From positions 1 to 34,109 of the forward strand of contig DAOVFC010000001.1 of NCBI GenBank assembly GCA_030668645.1: DNA of 34,109 nucleotides, given 5' to 3'. The DNA comes from Candidatus Bathyarchaeota archaeon (GTDB lineage Archaea > Thermoproteota > Bathyarchaeia > Bathyarchaeales > Bathycorpusculaceae). A model generated the notes under the pieces. That model searched no databases. It saw only the letters and a list, made by a program, of their open reading frames with translations, and was not told the DNA's origin. The position numbers and the translations under genes were made by a program. Each line of letters begins with the position of its first letter. The stretch's first letter is position 1. Shown here piece after piece: positions 18,221 to 25,485 of this stretch.

Positions 18221-18739
18221 TTATTTTCTGACTTTCAAACCATATCTCGTAGCCATTTTCTTGACAAAGCTTTTTACGCACCGGTCTTTGCCGTAAACAA
18301 GCAGATAACCATCGCTTTGTACACTACAGGAGAGACCGTTCGCCTCAGCCAATTTTTTTAATTCTTTAATCGGCATTTCAGCTGAAAGCCTAACACGAAT
18401 CCACTTCTGTTCTCGCGGAAGCCCCGGAACAAATCTTGCCTCTTCAATCTCCTCCACACACTCTTTTCTGGACGCTTCCTCAAGCTTCTCCAACCACTCA
18501 TGAACAGATTCAACGCCGAACCGTTCTTGCGCTCTAGAAACAAGGCATATCTCAACTTTTTCAAGGTATTCTTCAATTTTTCGGGCGGTCTCTCCGCGTT
18601 GCGGGTCAGCCTTCAAAATCGTTATCATAGTTTTAGCGGATTTTAAGTCGCTTATTACACCTGCCGGAACAGCTACGTCTCTTCTACGAAATTCAGCAAC
18701 TATATCCTCTAAAACTTTCCATGTCGCCAAATATCCCAT
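18221..18739 (-). CDS. Uncharacterised conserved archaeal protein (possibly DUF2096-like), first gene upstream of smc
   Basis: 172-aa ORF with protein-like composition, on the same strand as smc with a 127-nt gap. The family name is from memory only. Confidence 0.55.
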   Translation of the reverse strand: MGYLATWKVLEDIVAEFRRRDVAVPAGVISDLKSAKTMITILKADPQRGETARKIEEYLEKVEICLVSRAQERFGVESVHEWLEKLEEASRKECVEEIEEARFVPGLPREQKWIRVRLSAEMPIKELKKLAEANGLSCSVQSDGYLLVYGKDRCVKSFVKKMATRYGLKVRK

Positions 18740-18910
18740 GATAAACTCACGGTCTTCTGTCCAGCTATCACAGTAAACACTTGCCAGTATAAAGGAATTA
18801 CCATCCAGCCGGGAAACCTACATCAAAACTAAAATAATCCTGATGCCGCGCCGCATTTTCTATCAGTTGAAATGGAGAAAAATGCAATAGGTGATCAGGA
18901 AGGACAGGGA

Positions 18911-19114
18911 ATGGGAATCGAAGCTCTAAAAGAGTAGATCACAGAACTGAAAGCTCGAATCGAAGAGTTAGAGGGCGACAGAAAAAGGAAATCACCTTTG
19001 CAACGTGGCGAACTAGAACAGATATTATCCGCTCGTGTTCACGTTTTAGATAAGATTTTTCTGGCATTCTTGAAAAATTTTTCAGACCATCTATGCGTAT
19101 TCGCCGTCGTTTGA
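18911..19114 (+). pseudogene. Coiled-coil ORF interrupted by an in-frame TAG at 18935-18937
   Basis: My own translation: MGIEALKE*ITELKARIEELEGDRKRKSPLQRGELEQILSARVHVLDKIFLAFLKNFSDHLCVFAVV*. The sequence stays protein-like across the stop. Confidence 0.3.
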
Positions 19115-19416
19115 GCTGAGAGGTTAAGATTTCTGCAAAACTTAGCATGCCTTCAAGGTCACATTTGCCCTGAAGTGTTTTTAGTCACTGAGATGTACCA
19201 TGAGAAATTGAGGGAACCTAGTACTGTATACAGTGCGTGTTTCACTCTGTTTTCTGTTGAACATCTAAGCGGCCAAAGGGCATGTTGATGCTCGGCAACT
19301 AGTCCTATGACGGGTATGATTGATTTTTGCCCACACATTAAGAAACTTATTCGCAGAACAGGTTCAAAATTAAATATATGGTCAATTTGTCAGTTATTTC
19401 TATTCTAGAGGAAACC

Positions 19417-19423
19417 TTTAAAA
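19417..19423 (+). promoter_or_regulatory. Candidate archaeal TATA box (TTTAAAA)
   Basis: About 40 nt upstream of the GTG at 19463, at the head of the four-gene small-protein operon. Confidence 0.3.
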
Positions 19424-19462
19424 GGAAAACTAAGTATATGGGTAAAGTGAACCGATGAGCGT

Positions 19463-19582
19463 GTGCCTTTGCCAAGAAAATATCGAAGGATAAAAGTTAA
19501 AGGGCATTACCGGGCTGTCGCACGGGATTCAAGTGGAAGATTCAAGAAAGTAAAGAAATGGAGTAGTAAGAAAGAGAGGTGA
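19463..19582 (+). CDS. 39-aa highly basic micro-ORF
   Basis: My own translation: VPLPRKYRRIKVKGHYRAVARDSSGRFKKVKKWSSKKER. Its TGA overlaps the GTG of the next ORF (GTGA), which suggests translational coupling. Confidence 0.3.
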   Translation: MPLPRKYRRIKVKGHYRAVARDSSGRFKKVKKWSSKKER

Positions 19583-19878
19583 ATGCTAAGATGGCGTATG
19601 ATCATGATGAAATAGCAAATAGGCTTGCTAAGAAATCTGGATCGAGACATAGAAGGAAAGGGGTTGATATCGTTTCTAAGGGTAGGGCTATAGAAGTTGC
19701 AGTCACTCAAGGTGATATGTATGCATCCGTTGGGCAACTCAAACGATCAAGGGCGCGCAAGAAGTATATGGCGGTTCCGGCTCCTATGATTCCGGATGCG
19801 AGAAGGTTGCTCAAAGGTTCGGGAATCGGAATAATGAATACAAGAGGACGGATTCGAAAAAGGTCAAGAAAGAAATAA
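19579..19878 (+). CDS. Small basic protein with a PD-(D/E)XK-like core (GVDIV...IEVAVTQ) and an Arg/Lys tail
   Basis: 99-aa ORF (alternative ATG at 19591). KGVDIVSKGRAIEVAVTQGD resembles the D...E-x-K strands of minimal nucleases such as Hjc/YraN, but with Ala in the Lys position. C-terminal RGRIRKRSRKK. Confidence 0.5.
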   Translation: MNAKMAYDHDEIANRLAKKSGSRHRRKGVDIVSKGRAIEVAVTQGDMYASVGQLKRSRARKKYMAVPAPMIPDARRLLKGSGIGIMNTRGRIRKRSRKK

Positions 19879-19917
19879 TTAAGATTATAAGAAAATGAAT
19901 GAAGATGAAATTAAGAA

Positions 19918-20148
19918 ATGGCATTAATTGCCTTAATTTTCCTTGTAGGATTTGGTATCTTTCCCATCGTAGTTCTTGAATGGTTCATTAAGAATGTTAC
20001 TACACCAATAGGAACGATTGAACAATTCGCAAAAGTTCTTAGCTCGTCGAACCCATGGATGTGGGGTTTTGGATTACTAGGCATCGCTATAACGGGTTTA
20101 ATCACGGCAACCATATGGGCGTGGATCAAAGAGAAAATAGGATTGTGA
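19918..20148 (+). CDS. Small membrane protein with two predicted TM helices
   Basis: Hydrophobic stretches LIALIFLVGFGIFPIVVLEWFI and WMWGFGLLGIAITGLITATIWAWI. The overlapping minus-strand ORF looks non-coding. Confidence 0.6.
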   Translation: MALIALIFLVGFGIFPIVVLEWFIKNVTTPIGTIEQFAKVLSSSNPWMWGFGLLGIAITGLITATIWAWIKEKIGL

Positions 20149-20157
20149 CGCCCAACA

Positions 20158-20796
20158 TTGAGATTACGTCCGCGCGATTGCATTGTTGATAAAATACAAC
20201 AATGTAAGGATTGTGAAAAATACTCTCAAGTCCTGTGCATGAAGCCTAAGCCTTACGTTAAGTTTCAGGTTCTTGAAAGGTGGAGGCCAACGAAAGTGAA
20301 GGTGCTTTTCATTGCAGAGTCACCGCCAAAGGATGGAAATGAGGGGTATTTCTACAATGAGAAAACAGAAGGTAGACTTAAAGACAAAATCTTCAATTTG
20401 CTGGATATACCTGAAGAAAAAGCCGAGAGAGGATTGCAAAGGTTTAAACAAAGAAATTTCCTCCTCATCGACACCGTTAAATGTAGGTTAGACAAGTCGC
20501 AGGGAAAAAGTCCCCCTCCCTATGTCATTAAGAGATGCGCTGAAAACTTTTTGCAAAAAGAAATAGACGGTTTGAAGCCAGATAAAATCTGCGTACTGGG
20601 TAGGACTGCCCTAAAGGGTTTGAAGGCTATTACCACTTTTAGAAAGGGGCTAAACGGAGTTAGAAAAATAACAGAGCATTGTGGAAAAGAGCTGACGATA
20701 TCAGGTTATGAAATCATTCTATGCGTTTTTCCGAGTAATCGAAACAGGAAATATCAATCATGCATAGAATCCGTTTTTGGTCTCTGGGTTCCATAA
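20158..20796 (+). CDS. Uracil-DNA glycosylase superfamily protein, Fe-S (family 4/5-like) type with divergent catalytic motifs
   Basis: Cys pattern C-x2-C (CKDC, 20203-20214) plus VKCR-x17-C, as in family 4 UDGs. Motif A reads FIAESPP (20308-20328) and motif B reads VFPSNRN. TTG start 10 nt after the membrane ORF. Confidence 0.7.
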   Translation: MRLRPRDCIVDKIQQCKDCEKYSQVLCMKPKPYVKFQVLERWRPTKVKVLFIAESPPKDGNEGYFYNEKTEGRLKDKIFNLLDIPEEKAERGLQRFKQRNFLLIDTVKCRLDKSQGKSPPPYVIKRCAENFLQKEIDGLKPDKICVLGRTALKGLKAITTFRKGLNGVRKITEHCGKELTISGYEIILCVFPSNRNRKYQSCIESVFGLWVP

Positions 20797-20819
20797 GGTC
20801 ACAAGAGTTCATGCCGTCG

Positions 20820-20850
20820 CGCCGGGGGTGGGATTTGAACACCTGGGCGT
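20820..20850 (-). other. tRNA 3-prime-end-like remnant (T-arm plus acceptor strand), not an intact tRNA
   Basis: The minus strand reads AGGTG-TTCAAAT-CCCAC-CCCCGGC-G. The T-loop and acceptor strand are recognisable, but the 5-prime T-stem strand is 2 nt short. No matching GCCGGGG 5-prime acceptor, D-arm or anticodon arm was found. Confidence 0.35.
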
Positions 20851-21232
20851 GGAGATATCACTTGCGAACCTCTCTTTTTAGTACGCACGCGCAGAAGTTT
20901 TTGGACGCCGTTGCCGCGTTGGAAAAGCTCGGCTGGATTACGTTTATGCTTGCTGTCCCAGAATATAATAAGCGGATGCTGAAAGGAAAAGTCAATAAAG
21001 TAAAAGTAATTCTCGCAAAATTTTCTTTTCCATACAGCCGGAGAATCGGTGGGGAGCACACTCACTTCACCAGAGGGACTATAAAGAATGGCTTAAGGAA
21101 GCATCCATAAACCACTTAAGTCTAGCGCTTAGACGTCTTGCACAGCTAAACCAAACAAAAGTCTACCCGTTCTGGCGGAACCCTGCTTTTCAAGATAGTG
21201 CATGCATTTTAACTCTCTCAGAATACCAAAGA

Positions 21233-21239
21233 TTTTATA
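21233..21239 (+). promoter_or_regulatory. Candidate archaeal TATA box (TTTTATA)
   Basis: Ends 22 nt upstream of the ATG at 21262. The spacing fits a leaderless or short-leader transcript. Confidence 0.35.
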
Positions 21240-21261
21240 CAATCGCAGACAATGTGTTTTC

Positions 21262-24200
21262 ATGGCACAAACCCGTCTCCCCGTCATCCAGGTAGCTCCT
21301 GAAAAAAGAGAAGAACTTGACGAAAAACTAAGGGAGATTTATCAAAACCTTAAGAACAAGTTTAAGGTTTTTGGGACTTTTCAGGACGTACTGGTCAAGT
21401 CAAAAGATTATCATTCAAAAGATTTGAAAGATGAACAATCACCAGAGGAATTCGCCAAAAGAGCAGTAATTGAACCACTCATTGAGTTTTTAGGATATGA
21501 ATTCGTCCCTGAGACTATCCTACCTTCACCTGGGGGCAGGAAAAAGCCTGATTACACAATTAGACCCAGAAGTAAGGATAAGCCAATCTTCTACGTAGAA
21601 GCAGAACCAATCAATATTGATCTGAATAGCAAAGACCATGGAGTCTCACAGGTAAAAGATTGGCTGATATCTAGAGCTTCTAAGACTGATTATGGTATTG
21701 CCACCGATGGACTTCAATGGATTCTACTAAAATTTGACACTGCATCAGCGCAAAGTAAAGAGTTCCTAAAAGTGGATCTGAGACCTGTCTTCTTAAAATT
21801 GCTTAACCCAGCTGCCTTTGTCAGTAAAAAAGAAGTAGAAAAAATAGAGGAAGATTTCCTCACTTACCACCGTGAATACGTTTCGTTGTTCCTAGAAGGC
21901 TACTTGGAGAGAATTGAGAAAAAGAAGGAGGAAATCTCAAAGAGGTTCTATAATGATTACGTAAGATATGTTTTTGGGTACGATCAGAAGGGTGACACCA
22001 TTCAAGGCACATGTCTGTTGAAGAGAGTAGTGACACCTTCGGGTGCAAACTACAATGATGCAAACTCATTTTCAGTTGTGTTTATGAATAGGATTATCTT
22101 CATCAAATTCCTTGAAGAAAAAGGAATAGTGCCAAAGAACCTACTGAAGAAAATGCTTGAAAATTACAAACATTCAAGGACTCCAGCTTCATTTTATGAA
22201 ACTTATCTGAAACCTCTCTTCTATGAGGTTTTTAACAAGAGTAAAGATGGTAGAACCTCTACAGTAAAAAACAACTCTCTCTACAGTCAGATCCCCTATT
22301 TGAATGGTGGACTGTTTAGGGAAGTAATCGAATCCGAAAAGAATTTTAACATAGAAAATGAGGGTGTTGAACTTGTCATAGAGAACCTTTTGGATCGCTA
22401 TGAATTCGGTTTAGAGTCGGACATAAACCCAGACATATTGGGCTATATTTTTGAGAAAACAATTAACTTCATTTCTGGAACTGGCACAAACCAGCAGAAA
22501 ATGCAGGGAGCATACTACACCCCTGATGATACTGTGGGATTTATCATAGAGGAAACGTTGACACCCGTTGTTTTCAGAAAAATGATTGATGGTTTGAAGA
22601 AGGCGGGATGGAGCGATACCGATCTGAAGGGGTATAATTCAATAGAAGACATACTGGACCCGGTGCACGTGCCCAAGAATCCAATGCACATCAAGAAAAT
22701 GATTGAATCATTAGGACTGCTTAGAGTTCTTGATCCAGCTTGTGGTTCAGGTCACTTCTTAACTGCTATGCTCTCATTGATTCTGAGAGTAAAGGAAAGC
22801 TTGTTGAGAGCAATTCCTGAAGACGTTGATAGATACAGGCTGAAGAGAGAGATAATATCTCAAAATCTATTCGGAGTTGATATTGATGAAAATGCAATCG
22901 AAATAGCCAGATTGAGACTATGGCTATCGATAATAGAAGAAGTTGAAGATCTAGAACATATTGAGACGCTACCAAATATAGATTTCAACATTATTGCAGG
23001 AAATAGCCTCATAGGTTTATTGGATGAAAATCTCTTGACGCATCCTCTGATAAACCTGTTGGAAGACCCACACGTACAAGGGACACTAGAAAATTTAAGA
23101 GAATTTTATGGAAACAAGATAGATGAAGTCAGAGATCTTCTCGGCAGGATGAAGTTGAAGGACACTATCAAAGCTTACGAGACCCTTTTAGGCGTTTACT
23201 CTGTAGAATCGGGAGAACGAGCTGTCAAAGTTAGGGATTTGCTAGAAAAGATCAGAGACAAGTTATACGAAGTCATTAGCAACTCGTATCTCGATTTTCT
23301 CCACGAAAACGGCAATCTGAAAAAAAGTGAATTCGATGAAATAAGCAAGAACCTATCGAGTAGAATGCCTTTTCACTGGAAAATCGATTTTGAAAATGTC
23401 TTCGCAGAAGGCGGATTTGATGTAGTTGTGGGGAATCCACCATATGTAGAAGATAGGAACTACAACAAAACTGATCTCAGAATCATCAAATCTCAGAAGG
23501 AGATCAAGAAGGGAAGAAAAAAAGTCAGAGAACCTCTTTTCTACGTTTCAAATAATTGCAGAAACACTCATGCCTATTTCATTGAAAGATCAATTAAACT
23601 ATTAAAGCGAAACGGCAGGTTTGGGTTCATTGTCCCAATCGCTCTTGTGTCCACTGATAGAATGGGCTCTATAAGAGAGTTTATTCATGACAACTCAAGC
23701 GAAGTGAAATACTTCAGTTTCGATGATCGCCCCGGCAAGATATTTAGTGGTTTGGAGCATTGTAGAGCCACAATCGTAATCACAGAAAAGGATACAGAGG
23801 CAAAGAAAGTGATTACGAGCAAATATCACAGGTGGTTCTCTAGGGACAGAGCTAAACTCTTCAAGGATCTTAAAACTAGTGATTGGACAGTTGAAAATCC
23901 AGAAGAAACAGTACCGAAAATAGGGACAAAGATCGAAAAGAGAATACTCACGAAACTTCAACAAAAATCAAAGGGAAAGGCCCTTAGAGACTTCGAGAAA
24001 GCTGATGGAGCAAAAATTTGGTATTATAATGCGCCACAGTATTGGATACACGCTCATACAGAAGATTACCTACCGGAAGTTGAACACTATAACAGTTGCA
24101 GGGAGAACGACAAGACCAGAGAAAAAATACCATATGACTTGAGAGAGAGAAAGATATCATCACATTATAAACCTTTGACTTTCGAGTCAGAAAATTCATT

Positions 24201-24567
24201 TGTCGTCAATAGTTTAATGAACAGTTCTTTATTCTACTGGTGGTTTGTCGTGTGGTCTGATGGTCGAGATCTCTTAGCCCAACATATCAAGTGTTTTCCC
24301 CTCGACCTAGACAATTTCTCTGAAAATCTGAAAAAGAGACTAAAGCCACTGATTAACGAACTGATGAGAAGCTACGATGAAAATTCTAACCTCAAAATTA
24401 ATCTGAGATCTGGTGGATATGTGATAAAAATAAAGGAGATAATCCCATCAAAATCGATAAGTATCATTGATCAAATTGATGATGTATTCGCAGATTACTT
24501 TGGATTTATCGAAGAGGAAAGAAGGTTTATCAAGGAATTTGATATAGGATTCAGAATTAAGGATTAG
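21262..24567 (+). CDS. Type IIG restriction-modification fusion (N-terminal HsdR-N/PD-(D/E)XK-like domain, gamma-class N6-adenine methyltransferase, C-terminal TaqI-like specificity domain)
   Basis: KPDYTIRP...IFYVEAEP and GIATDGLQWILLKF in the N-domain. GAYYTPDD, VLDPACGSGHFL, LFGVDIDENAIEIARLRL and VVGNPPYV (NPPY at 23434-23445). C-terminal LMNSSLFYWWFVVWSDGRDL. Met21 of the listed ORF is preferred as the start. Confidence 0.85.
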   Translation: MAQTRLPVIQVAPEKREELDEKLREIYQNLKNKFKVFGTFQDVLVKSKDYHSKDLKDEQSPEEFAKRAVIEPLIEFLGYEFVPETILPSPGGRKKPDYTIRPRSKDKPIFYVEAEPINIDLNSKDHGVSQVKDWLISRASKTDYGIATDGLQWILLKFDTASAQSKEFLKVDLRPVFLKLLNPAAFVSKKEVEKIEEDFLTYHREYVSLFLEGYLERIEKKKEEISKRFYNDYVRYVFGYDQKGDTIQGTCLLKRVVTPSGANYNDANSFSVVFMNRIIFIKFLEEKGIVPKNLLKKMLENYKHSRTPASFYETYLKPLFYEVFNKSKDGRTSTVKNNSLYSQIPYLNGGLFREVIESEKNFNIENEGVELVIENLLDRYEFGLESDINPDILGYIFEKTINFISGTGTNQQKMQGAYYTPDDTVGFIIEETLTPVVFRKMIDGLKKAGWSDTDLKGYNSIEDILDPVHVPKNPMHIKKMIESLGLLRVLDPACGSGHFLTAMLSLILRVKESLLRAIPEDVDRYRLKREIISQNLFGVDIDENAIEIARLRLWLSIIEEVEDLEHIETLPNIDFNIIAGNSLIGLLDENLLTHPLINLLEDPHVQGTLENLREFYGNKIDEVRDLLGRMKLKDTIKAYETLLGVYSVESGERAVKVRDLLEKIRDKLYEVISNSYLDFLHENGNLKKSEFDEISKNLSSRMPFHWKIDFENVFAEGGFDVVVGNPPYVEDRNYNKTDLRIIKSQKEIKKGRKKVREPLFYVSNNCRNTHAYFIERSIKLLKRNGRFGFIVPIALVSTDRMGSIREFIHDNSSEVKYFSFDDRPGKIFSGLEHCRATIVITEKDTEAKKVITSKYHRWFSRDRAKLFKDLKTSDWTVENPEETVPKIGTKIEKRILTKLQQKSKGKALRDFEKADGAKIWYYNAPQYWIHAHTEDYLPEVEHYNSCRENDKTREKIPYDLRERKISSHYKPLTFESENSFVVNSLMNSSLFYWWFVVWSDGRDLLAQHIKCFPLDLDNFSENLKKRLKPLINELMRSYDENSNLKINLRSGGYVIKIKEIIPSKSISIIDQIDDVFADYFGFIEEERRFIKEFDIGFRIKD

Positions 24568-24612
24568 GTAAGCAGGTCTGTCCCTAAAGTCATAAACGCT
24601 TATGTCTACTCT

Positions 24613-24626
24613 CATTGTTAACAATG
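24613..24626. repeat. Perfect 14-nt palindrome CATTGTTAACAATG between convergent genes
   Basis: Read directly from the sequence, 46 nt after the type IIG stop. Could be a hairpin or a dimeric binding site. Confidence 0.5.
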
Positions 24627-24672
24627 TGTAAAACTCATTTAACTCCTCAGTGAACCAACAAAGATTTTTCCT

Positions 24673-25390
24673 CTATAGTTCACGCTTTCTTGTTTTGTAT
24701 TGCATGGTGTGCATGTCGATGAGGGCTCCGGTTGCGATTGCGTTTACTCCTGTTGAAAAAGCTATAAGTACAAGGAGGGTGTCATGCAGGTTCTCTGTCC
24801 AACCACTCGGCCAACTAATTATGCAGTAAACGGTTGAAGCAATTATGACGATTCCATGCATGCATAGTTGACGATGTATTGATAGAATTGGAAATAGTCC
24901 CTTGAATCCAACGCTAAGGGGTGCCACGGTGCGCGTTCCCAAATTAGCCCCTTATCATCGCCATACAACCAGCTGTAGACATCTGCAAGGCCGTCATAAG
25001 AGCTGTAGGTTTCAGGAGGCCATTGCGTAATTGTGTGCCAAAAACGAACTCCGTAATCATGAACGTCGATGGTTCCCTTCGGAGGACGAGGTGTACCGCC
25101 AACCGCTATTAAATAAGACATGAAGTTGATGTATGGGGTGAGTTCGTTCCAGTCTAATTCAACAGCGATATATGGAAGTTCACCAACGCCAAATTCATCG
25201 TGCACTAATGCGCCACTTGGGTCGTTGATGTACACTTTTTGGGATCCACCTGCAGTGCTGTAGCCGACGATTACAACCGTATGTTCGATACCCCTCATGA
25301 CCAGAAGTATAGGCCTCTCTCTGTCTATCCAATATGTTACAGGCGAATACGATGATGGAGGCAGAATCTTCAGAAAGCGAAAATAGAATA
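24673..25390 (-). pseudogene. Decayed papain-like (C39-like) cysteine peptidase gene, lacking its N-terminus and frameshifted near the C-terminal TM region
   Basis: ERPILLVMRGIEHTVVIVGY...KVYINDPSG is the His-containing block of C39-like peptidases. No room or start exists for the Cys-containing N-terminal half before the psmA promoter. The two-TM tail (24673-24942) is in another frame. Confidence 0.45.
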
Positions 25391-25485
25391 CTAAGGAAAA
25401 GTCCAGAACAAATAGGAAAAGGTTTTTAGTTCAGTTGTAATATGAAAGTCTGCAAGCAGGTTTAGAATGTGTGAGGTAAAAATAA

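Noticed and set aside
19911-20183. A 90-aa minus-strand ORF overlapping the small membrane-protein ORF
   Set aside because: The plus-strand frame encodes two clean hydrophobic helices and sits in an operon with its neighbours. The minus-strand product has no such structure.
20846-20909. An intron-containing tRNA model using the GGCGT/ACGCC stem as the anticodon stem
   Set aside because: The loop after the stem starts CCAAAAA, with no U33 and an implausible anticodon. No D-arm or 5-prime acceptor strand complementary to CCCCGGC exists upstream, and the T-stem cannot pair.
20760-21110. ORFs of 116 aa (+), 88 aa (-) and 67 aa (-) covering the gap between the UDG-like and type IIG genes
   Set aside because: They overlap each other and the tRNA-like remnant. 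Their composition is poor (Arg/Trp/Ser-rich), none has a recognisable motif, and none has a convincing promoter or start context.
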